Assembly: GCF_964204645.1 (NCBI RefSeq)
Contig: NC_134026.1
Span: forward strand, 1,883,950-1,947,949
Direction of reading: 5' to 3'
DNA length: 64,000 nt
From: Tubulanus polymorphus
Taxonomy: Eukaryota; Animalia; Nemertea
Under the pieces are notes generated by a model. It saw nothing but the letters and a program-made list of their open reading frames with translations. It was not told the origin of the DNA and ran no database searches. Position numbers and translations under genes: made by a program. Numbering within the stretch: the stretch's first letter is position 1; each line of letters starts with the position of its first letter. Shown here one piece after another: positions 1-11,400 of this stretch.

Positions 1-199
1 TGCACGATTTCTGAACATGAGCGAACCTTAAATCAACAAAAACCAGTACGCACACCAATTGTGATTAATAAAGGCCAAGTGGGACAACATATTTATTCTA
101 CCCAAAACAGGTTGGGTGGTTATAAGTGTTAAATGTATAAATAGAGAAGTGAATATGAAATACGGTATCAGTATATATGTGCCATTATAAATTTGGAAT

Positions 200-1924
200 A
201 TGGCGCAGAAATCAGAAAATTCGCCGACGCTGCTGTGGCTTGGATCTTCGGTTTATTTGAAGGATTATAGAGCTAATTACAACACTCCGAATATCGTTAA
301 AGTTACGAAAGGCGAATATCTTCATTTGGGAACAAAGGATGAAGCCAATTCGTCGAACCCGAACAGACAAGATGAAGCTTATCTTCACAAGGTGCAGAGA
401 ATATCGAAAGTGTTGGCGGTTAATATGAAACATAGTCACGACGCGATGAAGATAGTGCAAACTAACCAGAAATTAGCGATACCGGTATCTTATCGAGGTT
501 GGTTCGAAGCTCTTTCCGAAGAAGGACGACAAATTCGACCTATCAGATCAATTACTGAACTAATTCGAGTCTCGCCTCATACATGTCTCGTCCGCGAAGA
601 TATCCGCGGTTATACTTGTAAGGATAACGGTGAAATATCGTTGGATCATTATCGCATCGTGAAAGCAGGTGAAACTCTGACTCTGTTCGGAGTGATAAAC
701 GCGACAGCAAATAAACAAAAGCAAACGACACAAATTCGTTTTTTGCGCTGCTTGGACGAAAATGGACAAACTGTTCAGTTCAGTGCCGAACAAAAGGGTA
801 CGTTTAGTCCAGTGGCCGCTCGTAATATAAGCGGTGTACATAATATCAAGAGTATCATATCGAACTTTCGTTTGCCCGTGACTGTGCATTTGGCGTACGG
901 GCCTCGTCCCCGAACTGGTGATAAAATCAAATTCAGCGGTATTGTGCGTTTATTGTATGTTTATGATGAAGAAATTGCGTTCACGTGTTCATTAACGGGC
1001 AATGAAAGAATGCTGCCGATTCCGACTCACGTACCCTTGAAGATTTTGCCGTCTGCAAATTTCGAAGAGATCAAGAATTCGCCCGAAATGAGACAGGTGA
1101 ATACGAGATGCGGTAAAATGGCCCAAAGTTACTTGAACAGCATTCATGTTTTGTACGACGTAGCTGTTGATTTGCCCGAAGAGGCCCCAAAACAGAATCA
1201 TCCCGCAATCCGACAACCACAGAGTCCACAGCCTCCCGAACCAGAAATCCCGGATAAAGTTACTCAACTGCCTAAAGACGAAGAAGACCAACTTTTCGAC
1301 GAGGTTGAAGATATCTATCTGTACGTAGTGCGTTACGGTATCAAACCACCCGAAGGCCTCGTTAAGAGACATAACTGGTCTGAACATGACAATTGGGAAG
1401 AGCCTATTTATCAAACGCTTCATAAAAAACCAAAAAACAAAGACAAAGACCAACCGCAAAAACTACAAAAATCTATGGAATCTGGAGGACATAACAAGGT
1501 CTTTCGTTTTCATCGACCGAAACAGGATACTGCAGAACCTGTCTGTACAGTAATACACATGAGTAAAGAAGAGAAATTCGATCAGGTTGATTCATTAGGT
1601 GATATACCATTAATGATACCTCAACAACCACCACCATTACCGGCTCGAAAATACGAACGATCGCACAGTGTCGGAGATATCGTCGAACCTTCACCACTCG
1701 ACCGTAAACAAAAGCCAAACGCGGATGTTTCTAGGCGCAAATCCAACCCTGCCATCTTCCGTATATTCGGAGCGAAAAAGAAAACGAAATTGAAAACTAT
1801 AAAAGCGTCCTCGCATGATAGCAGTGACGGCAGTAGTAGCCCTCAGAGTCCGGGTGGTTCAGGAGACAGCGATGAGAAGGTTCAAAAGGTCCGCAGAAAC
1901 AGTAGAGTGAATATGTACTTATAG
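200..1924 (+). CDS. Intronless CABIT-domain adaptor protein (GAREM/THEMIS/Serrano-like), 574 aa
   Basis: Long uninterrupted ORF. The N-terminal ~310 aa has CABIT-type features (P-x-IVKVTKG start, IPVSYRGWFE, LRCLDENG, GTFSP, FRLPVTV). The low-complexity tail has Tyr motifs (EDIYLYV, EEPIYQTL), PPPLPARK and RSHSVG. Family assigned from recalled motifs only. Confidence 0.7.
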   Translation: MAQKSENSPTLLWLGSSVYLKDYRANYNTPNIVKVTKGEYLHLGTKDEANSSNPNRQDEAYLHKVQRISKVLAVNMKHSHDAMKIVQTNQKLAIPVSYRGWFEALSEEGRQIRPIRSITELIRVSPHTCLVREDIRGYTCKDNGEISLDHYRIVKAGETLTLFGVINATANKQKQTTQIRFLRCLDENGQTVQFSAEQKGTFSPVAARNISGVHNIKSIISNFRLPVTVHLAYGPRPRTGDKIKFSGIVRLLYVYDEEIAFTCSLTGNERMLPIPTHVPLKILPSANFEEIKNSPEMRQVNTRCGKMAQSYLNSIHVLYDVAVDLPEEAPKQNHPAIRQPQSPQPPEPEIPDKVTQLPKDEEDQLFDEVEDIYLYVVRYGIKPPEGLVKRHNWSEHDNWEEPIYQTLHKKPKNKDKDQPQKLQKSMESGGHNKVFRFHRPKQDTAEPVCTVIHMSKEEKFDQVDSLGDIPLMIPQQPPPLPARKYERSHSVGDIVEPSPLDRKQKPNADVSRRKSNPAIFRIFGAKKKTKLKTIKASSHDSSDGSSSPQSPGGSGDSDEKVQKVRRNSRVNMYL

Positions 1925-3729
1925 GATCATTTCGGATTTCTTCATTATTTTTCATTTTCGATGATATTCGTCGTGAAAACATACGCAAATAGGTTGCTTC
2001 ATATATTTCATCTATACACGTCGTGACGCAAACAGGTTCCTGGTTTACAGGAAATTACAGATCATCAAAAATACAGTATAAAGACACCATTCTTCATGCG
2101 AACATTTGCAATAGAATGGTGGCTTGAAGGCTTTCTATTTTAATATGGCACCAGTTTCATAGAATGGAAATATACATATCGTAAAAATAACTGAAAAGAT
2201 CATAATCTGAAACTATAGAATTCAAATCAATTTGATTTTACGGTTTTAACATAACTTTCTCAAATATCTGATGAAATGATCGGTCCTCGCCAGCTATGTG
2301 TGGCTTTACTGCACCGGCTATTGCAGCACTATTCATTTATGTATCTATGTATGTAAGGATTTATTGTAGAAACTACACCTTTATGTGTTTAAAGAATTAA
2401 CTAAACCATTTTATGTTGTTTTATTATGGAAATACAACAATGAACTAGTTGTATTTATATTCACTTGAGAAAATAAGTTTCATTGTTTCAATAAGAAAGG
2501 AAATCGATTACGAAAAGTTCGGCAACTTACAAAACGAACGGTTCTTTATGCCAGTTGGGGAATGAACTTAACCCAAGGTGATACTTGGACCAGTAGTTTT
2601 AAATTAGATCTGAGACTGGCTTAAGTTTGGTTAAAGTCGTCTTTGGGTTTTTAAGTCATAACTGTACGACTGACTCTTGGTCGGATTTCTCTAACCAGGG
2701 AGGGTTCACTCCTACCTCCCTGCTCCAACCAACGCCTATTGAACCATTCTAATCACACGTAATACCTTCGCCTTTGTGATATTCATGTTGATATTCGAGT
2801 GAATAATTAATAAATAGATGGTTGGGATATGACTGGACTCTATGAGCTGATTGAAAGTCTTTTAGAATTCACCCACTGAGTGAATTATTTCCTCTGTAAC
2901 GACTCCTACACAGTTGTATTACAATCCTATCAATGACTCAGCTTGCGAGAGATCCCGAAATTCAAAAGACAATAATGAAAACTAATATAGGATATGTACA
3001 ATTTTATTAATAAAGTTCTTTGCTGTGACTATTATACAAATCTAGGTCAGTTCTAATACAGGAAAATATTCTAAATTTTGATGACATGACGCAAAAATAA
3101 TTCGCAAAACATTAATAATAATTACACCAGATGTAAACATTGTTTATACATATGCACGGACCAGAAATCTTTCATAAATAATTATCTATTTCGATAATAA
3201 TGATTTAAAACCAAATAAATAAATAATTTTCGTTATTCACTGTATATATGTATGTATGTATGTAGATCAACAGGCGTTTCCAAGAGCTTTTGAAAACTGG
3301 TTTAATGCAATAAGTCAGTCTGTAAAGAAACCTGACATGAATATCTCTTTCCTATTGACATCTATTTTACGAATTCAAGCTCGCACCAAATAAGGAGCTA
3401 ATAAAGAAACTTGCTCAGAATAATTATAGAAATAGTGCTTGTATTGATGTACTTACACGTATGGTAAATCGTGTATCAACAAGGAAATAAATATAATTTT
3501 GATTGCCACATATTTACATTAGAATTATATCAAACATGTTACACCAGAACTCTCATATATACCATTTAACATATATTTTCGAAAAGCTGCAAAAAAAAAA
3601 TCTGATGAGACAAGATTTTTGAAGCGACAAAGTTCGGTCTATTTTTCGTGAAATTCAGCACCTTACAGCATGATTTTTTCTTGTATTCATCACGAATTAA
3701 ATGAATCTATTGAGATTGTTTTATGCGAA

Positions 3730-5436
3730 TCACGAGGCTGTATGTAACACACGGTTAAAGTCATTATACGCCGATTCTAGATCGAATAACATCTGTCGCA
3801 CTTGGTTATCATCTAATTCATCGCTAACCTGCATCTGACTGAGAGTTGACAACCTGAAATCGATAAACACATCCAATCAGAAATCATTCCAACAACAACT
3901 AATTTCTACTCTTTTATACGCATAATATACAGTGGACTCTTTCTTACTCCTGATTACAGTCAATTATTTCAAAATCTCTGACAATTTGGCTGATAATTTG
4001 GCTCCTACGATTTGACCAATGCCTTACCAAATAAGGCAGGGCTGTTCTACGGCTTGTATGAAGTGGAAGAATGACAAAACCTTACCATTGTTCTACTTTG
4101 TCTTTGCCTTCGAAGTCATTTGGTAATATACTTAATGCACTCATACTTTCCATCAGCTCTTTAACATCGGGATAGATCTGAAACAGTCGTGGAAAATAAT
4201 GTCATCTGAGAGATGTGAAATCATCGATTTCAACCGAGAACAGTAGGTTTAATAGGTTTACCTGATCCATTGCTTTAATCTCGAGACGAAGTTTATCCAT
4301 CACAGTTATAAAGAGCTGGAAAAATTACACACATTTAAAGCAACGTAAAATTCTCTATATTCACCACAGATTCCAAGAAAACATATTCAAAACACTTACA
4401 GATACAATATCGGCAATACATTTGATGCTTGTATTGCCTTTGTCATCTTTAATCGTAATTGGGCGATCTTCTTTTATCCTTTCTAAAGCTGCAGGACAAT
4501 CAAGCTAAAATAACAAGAACATTACAAACTACAATCATTTTTTTTACTTTGATTTTAATGTCATAAAACCATTAATCGAGTTCAACTTTCAATAAAAGTT
4601 CTTTCACGCATTCTTCAAAGGTAATAAAAAGTGTAATTAAGCCTTTGTCTCTTTCACAAAATAAAATGCAAACTGTACCTTCATTTTCTTTGTGAATGCC
4701 TCAACTGTCGGAAATTCATCGTTTTGGACTTGACGAAATGCAGCTTTATATTGCACTAATAGTTTTGAACACGCAGCAGTATATCTGTAACATAGAGTAA
4801 CAATAATCAGAATACATGATCGTAAGGCTCACTGAAAATTGGTACAATCTCGTACTTACTCTTTTGGGGTTACTGCGTCTTTTATATAGGCTTTCTCTAG
4901 ACATTGTAGAGTATTAATAACAGCAAATAAATCAGCCATGTTGTCATACCTGTGAATTGATATATGTATCCAGAAAAGTTACTGAATAACTTTTATCCCA
5001 ATTTCCACAATTAATGATTTGGCAAATCGATTCATAAGGGTACCTACTTTTCTCGTTCTTTGCCTGTTTTGTACAGTTTCACCTCCTGTCAAATGAGTAA
5101 ATGAATTGAAGAACTTTTTAAGAAATCGTTAGCAGGCTTTTTGACTGGTCCAAAATTCTTGTATAGGCCTAATTACTTACCTCATATAATTCGGGTCTAT
5201 TTTGAGCTACAAAATAGAAGATACAGACCAATAATTAGCTGTGGCTGACTCGGGCGGTTGGCATTAAAGAGGTTTTGTTTGTGACCAAATTATCGGTGGA
5301 AAGCTTTTAAAATCGGATGAGCTTATACCAACTGGTGGTGGTGGTTAGTGATCATATCCTAGCATGAAACTAAACCACCACCACGACAGTCAGACTTACC
5401 AGCATTAGGGCCTGAAGTGGTTATTCCAGCAAACAT
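3730..5436 (-). CDS. VPS28: ESCRT-I subunit VPS28 (multi-exon, absent from the ORF track)
   Basis: Manual splicing of GT-AG exons gives [58 protein letters not shown]...[21 protein letters not shown]...[13 protein letters not shown]...[33 protein letters not shown] at 5436, stop at 3730-3732. Confidence 0.96.
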
Positions 5437-6086
5437 ATCTTCTTTTTCGGCAAAGAAGCGTAAATTACACTAAATCTAAATGAAAATATGAAATTGAGGT
5501 AATTGAAGAATCTATTTGATGAACAAGAGTATGAAGAGCCAGAGATTTAAGGAAAATCATATATTTTTCAAAATTTCAATAACGACATGGCACTTTGGAT
5601 ATTCTAAAATTGATATATTTACGTACTGAATATGGATATTCTGCAACTGCTATATACCATACAGTCAGTAGGCTTCGTAAGAAGTGCTTTTAACAAATGT
5701 CAATTTTCTAACATTAAAAAAACGAAACCCGGAAGTAAACTGTGAAATGAAGAAAGTTACGCCAATCAATCTCTGAAACGAATAGGTTCGAATCCTGTTC
5801 AAATTGCCACATTTTTTATTCGTGTCCATATCTTACACAATAATGAATAACCCATTTTTCAAAATCTTGCTTTAAATGATAATGTAAATATAGGCCTACT
5901 CTTAGATCTATTTCGTTGCATGCGTTGCTGTTTCATGAAAATCCTATAGGTGGCAGAGTGTTTTGTTATGACAACTGTCAACCATAACAAAGCCATGTGG
6001 ACAGTACCTGTCAATTTAATCAGCTTTAGAAATCCATAGCAACACAGACTCAACTAATTGGTATATCATCTAAAAGTCTGAAAGAA
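5437..6086. promoter_or_regulatory. Divergent promoter region between VPS28 and the ankyrin gene
   Basis: Head-to-head ATGs 650 bp apart. ETS-type CCGGAAGT near 5729, CCAAT near 5762, B-box-like GGTTCGAATCC at 5785-5795. Confidence 0.5.
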
Positions 6087-6826
6087 ATGACAGACAACCT
6101 TGCAGGACTGGTGTTACACGAAGCTGCAACTTTGGGTGATTATGATTCATTGGAAGAGTATCTATCCAGTGGGAAATATGACGTGAATTTGAAAGACGCA
6201 GAATGGGGTTTCAGAACCCCGTTACATTGGGCATGTACGAAGGGTATGTAGAATGTGACTTTTAACATGTGCAAGAAATGAATGAAAACGAAGAAAAAAA
6301 TGTATTCATATGTTTTATTGTATCTTCGCTGCAGTTGTTCCTTTTTCAAATCGTCTAGGGTTAGCCTACAGCTTATCTTTTTATCATTACAGGTTACGTA
6401 GAATGCATTCGTTTGTTATTAGAATACGGAGCAAAAGGAACATCCAGAATGGTAGATGGTTGGACACCTGCTCATTGTGCTGCAGAAGCCGGAAAACTCA
6501 CTTCGTTAAGGGCCCTACATACGGCACATGTTCCTATGAATAAAACGAGCAAATATGGAGACACACCAAAACGAATCGCTGAAATATATGGTTTTGATGA
6601 TTGCGTTAAGTATTTAGAAATGTTAGTAATAGCTGATCTTTTTATGGCGATTGTGTTGGTAATGCAACAGCTTCGTTTGATCATTCTCGACAATTTATCA
6701 TATTTGAATGATCAATCTACTTTCGACAGGGCTGAACAAGAAGACAAAGAGAGACGAGTCAAACATCGGCTTCCAGATGACGATGGGAACGATACAGATC
6801 CAGATACGTTAGAGGACATGTATTGA
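6087..6826 (+). CDS. ANKRD66: Ankyrin repeat protein, ANKRD66-like (3 exons: 6087-6243, 6393-6621, 6730-6826)
   Basis: Spliced product MTDNLAGLVLHEAATLGDYDSLEEYL...EWGFRTPLHWACTKG|YVECIRLLLEYGA...GWTPAHCAAEAGKL...YGDTPKRIAEIYGFDDCVKYLE. Ankyrin TPLH/TPAH motifs and the GDTPKRIAxIYG segment are typical of ANKRD66. Confidence 0.8.
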
Positions 6827-8131
6827 AAGTGATGTGAAAACCCCGAGGACACTTCAAGCATCCATGATGATAATTGCATTTATGTTTAGTAATTGTACAT
6901 GAATAAAATTCATACTCAAAAGTTTTCTTTCGTTTTTGTGTATGCCGTCCATCCTTTTTCGCAATATGACTATCATATCCTTAGCAGGGATTCGAACCTA
7001 ATGGTATCTTGGCGTATTTATCTTAACTGGAGAAATAAGTAGAAATAGGATACTTACATATAATATTATCTTTATTTCAGTTCATACACAATCGCAAAAG
7101 AACAAATAATAATGTATATATGTGTAAGCACCATATGAACAAATATAATTACCATCCGGTATTATAAATCTATATATATATAAATCTATATATATTTGAC
7201 AACAGAAATGATCATATAATCATCATTAGATGTTTCTAAAACATTGAAATGAAATATATCTACCGGAAAATATCACTTTAAGCACAGAATATATAAGCTC
7301 TTTTAATAGTCGACAGTTCAATGGAATCCATATTACCGTTATTCACTTTTCATAGAAATAAGAAATTTAAAATGCATATACACATATCATGATAAAATAA
7401 TGCTTTAAAATAGTTTAAGCACTAATATACAAACACCAGAGCTTATGGATTATCACAACCTGCAGGTCAGCATTCATTACACAAGGTAATGGCAAATGAT
7501 ATACAATTGTATAGATTTTCGAAAATGTAAATATGTATATATGTATGCACATGCAGTCAGTAAAAAAAATGTATGTTTTTCGGCACATTTTTATAAATTT
7601 TGCAAATGATTGTACGGGACTTACTACAGTGTGGTATTATTCAAATATCTGATGATGAGATATGGAATGATTTTGCAGGACAACCAAAACGTTTACAAAC
7701 AGGAACAAATCTGAGCAACAGTTGACCAGTGAATCAACAGACCTAAGTCATTTTGACATTTGATTCATCACCAAAACATAACGTTATAAATGCTTAAATT
7801 CTCTACTTTAGAACATGTCAGTCAGATACTGATTGAAATGCTCAGGGAATGTGACACGCTGAAAATTGTCTTGCTTGTTCAAGTCTAATGTATAAAAAAC
7901 GTTAATAATATAGATATTAAAGATATAATTTGATATACAACAGCAGCATAGATAGCAAAGACTCATATAGATACGTTCGAAATATATTTGCATATCATTC
8001 TCCATATAAGGTAAATAACATGTGGTCATGCATAAAATGAAGCAAAATACCATAAAATGGTGAAATACCACATGTACTTCATAATGGTAACTGAATATTC
8101 ATGGAATTTAGGTTAGTAATTCCCTGTATTA

Positions 8132-8177
8132 GCAGCAGCGGCGGCGGAAGCAGCAGCGGCAGCAGCCGCAGCAGCAA
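8132..8177. repeat. Interrupted (GCA/GCG)n trinucleotide tract in the presumed BCR 3' UTR
   Basis: gcagcagcggcggcggaagcagcagcggcagcagccgcagcagca. Confidence 0.7.
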
Positions 8178-8409
8178 TAAAAAGTAATCCTAAAAAACTA
8201 AACCAAGAACTGAATAGTTCAAAGTATGACATAGTTTAGCTATACATGTTTGTATATACACAGTATAGGGAATGTTTAAAAATCTTAGTTCATCTTAAAC
8301 ACAGGTCTGAATAACCAATTTTTTCGAATAAGGCAATGGTTTAACAAATACTTCATATATAATAATATATCTGTTATCATTATGATATACCGTATCTGTT
8401 TATCTATAA

Positions 8410-11400
8410 CTAGATCAGATTTTCTCTGGTGGGTCTGGACAGTGAGTCTTCACAACTGAAATCCTTTCCAGCTTTAATCATTTCAAGAAATGTTAACAGA
8501 ATACTCGATTGACTCATCATCGACTTAGTAGCAGACAACATAGCAAGCGGAGAAGTGTCTTCCGTTTCAGGTACAGCCGGCCGTAAAAGAGTCGGCCCAA
8601 ATACAGTAGCCAGGTTTTGAGTTGTCATCTTGTTGATGTCATCTTTATCACTGACGTTGACCAGATGTCTCAGAATGAATAACGCGGTGTGATAGTTCGG
8701 TTCTGGAAGTTGTTTAAATAATGCTAACATGCATCTTTCTTTCGCAGCAGGATCGACCAGACCTAAAATTACGACATAATTTCAGTGAATATCGAAATTC
8801 GTACTGAATTCAATTCAAACATTGAATACGTTTGTATTACCTTGACCCTGAACGAAATTGATGTATAGATTATCGGTAAACAATGATTCTGGGAGTTCGC
8901 GGAAATACAGTTTTATGAGACCGGTAACTGCATTAATGTCTGCCAGTGTTAATTGCTTCAGACCAATACTGACATCTGGATTATAAAATAAGAGCAAGGT
9001 ACAGTCAGAAAGATTTGAATAATACAATTTTCAATTTCAACTGAATGAACTATTTACTTTTATCAAGCTGTTTTTTGAGGTTCTGAATATCTGAAGTAAC
9101 ACCAGACACTCGGTATATGCCGACCTCATCCATTCCTATTCATAACAAACAATATGGCGACCATTTAACAAATGAATATCTGATGGTATGTTTGCATGTA
9201 CATCTACAATCGAAGCACAGTGAACCCCCGATATACCGCCCTCCCATTTATCGCCACCCCCAATGTACATCTTAATACAAATGCATAGTAAAACACCCCC
9301 GATACACCGCCATACTCTCTATACCACCAAAATCGAGCTGCACCGATGTGGCCGGTATATCGGGGGTTGACTGTACATATCTACTTACCTCTAGTCTCTA
9401 TTTCACGAACGCAAGCTTTGACAACAGATGGGACATCATTGCGCTCACGGCTATAATACAAAACATACATTTAAAATATTCTGCTTTATCAGATATCATG
9501 TAAATCGATGTCAATTTGTCGGTGTTTTTTAGACTTTCCAGTTTTTGCGGTTATAAAATGAAAATTTGAAAAGATACAACCAAAGACAAGAATAGTAACT
9601 TACGCAGTGATGCGACCCAAAGGAGTTCCAAAAAGAGCACTTTTGATTTTTGAGACATTTCGTTTGATAGTATTTGAACTGCTTGTGTATTTGACAGAGA
9701 CAACCACATTCACCTAAAATAGAATCAACAATGATATATCTATACAAAGGCAACATTACAATAGAAATAAGATCTTGTGTCTTTTTTTACTCACTGCTTG
9801 TTGCAGATTGATCGTGTATTTCACATAGTTTCTCGACAGCCAAGATTTACTGAGTTCTAATGCGCCTCTACCGATGAGATTATCCTGATCAGCAGACGTT
9901 TGATGATAGCACAAAACGCGTAATGTTTGTGAAGAGTCCAGAGGCAATTCAAAATCCTACGTAAATTAAGCATGGATTAAAGGAATTTCGCATTAGCGTA
10001 CATGTACATAACAGAGAATACAAACAAGACTTATCTATGTATGGTACCTGATTCCAGTAAGGATTTCCAACTATTGTATTCGTTCGAGCAAGAACTGAAA
10101 ACTGTCCGAATGAATCGACTTCCAGTGTACAGTAAGTAGCTGCAGGTTCCTTCATGTTTTCGATATGATGAATGGTGACATTCAACATACCATTAATGAC
10201 CTCCTCATCTTTGCCTACGAAAAATACATGTGAAATAAGCTTGCTAATTTATATTCTCAATCAGTAAACTACCGGGGTATATGTAAATATTTCTATCTTA
10301 CCTTCCTGTATTAGGATAGTTCCAAGATTATTCACTTTAATCTATATTTGAAGATTTTTGAAAATATTTTCAATTTTAATAAACATGAAAAATAAGGATA
10401 CAGGTAGGTTCAGTTTATTTCAGAATAGTAAAAGAAGTTTACCTGTCGACAAGAATTGATCAGTGACTGAACCTCAAAAACACTGAAGTAATTTTGCCGA
10501 GGTCTGGCAACTGAAAATGATTTCGACGATTCATTGAATACTGAAAACAGATATGCGTAGATTTCAGTGAAAATACACTGCGGCTAGTGTATTCAAATGA
10601 TAAGATGAATACGTCACGTATGTAGAAGTATGACTAGATTGATAAATAGGAATTACCTTTTTTCTGAGTGACAGCTATGGCTTCTCTCCACTCATCTCGT
10701 TCATAGTCAGAAGTCATCAGCAATGTGTAGGCTTTTCCATGTTTATTAGTTACTTTAAATGCCAGAGTTGGTGAAGCGAGGACAAGGTTACATTTCTAAA
10801 GAGTAGAAATAATCAAACAACTGCATAAATCAGAGAGTGCTTGTACACATGAAATATGTATCTACATACATCTACTTTGAACACCTCTGTTCACAAACCC
10901 GTACTTACAGCTTCAATCAGTTTCTTGCGCAGTCGATCAACCTTACTGCTCACCATTGACCAGACCTTGTCTCCTCTACCAGCTTGATCTTCTTTATCTA
11001 TTTCATATTTTAATTCATGTTTATACTGTTTCACTTTCTTTCGAAGACTTTCTACGTCTTGTTTGTTTTTTGTCTCCAGATCTTCATCAACTGCACAAAA
11101 TAAGTCAATAACATGTGTGTAAAACTGCATTATTCAGGATTGTGTTCAAGTTGTTTCTTTGAATGCTGTCACAAATTAACAGATGACAAAAACTCAATTT
11201 CAAGAGAAAGCTACATCGACAATTATGGATTACTGGCATATACTGTAATATTGACACTGCACCAACACCAGACCATTGAAATTGTTAAGAAATTTATGAT
11301 TTGAAAAAATAATCAATTGATCCAATAAAGCAATTCTGCTGTACCATATATGCAAATCATGCTACAAGAAAATTCCTTCAATAGATTTTTTCGGAGTAAT

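Noticed and set aside
212-1988. Antisense ORFs overlapping the CABIT gene, and similar shadow ORFs over BCR exon 1 and the orphan exon
   Set aside because: Shadow frames of real coding sequence, with no independent features.
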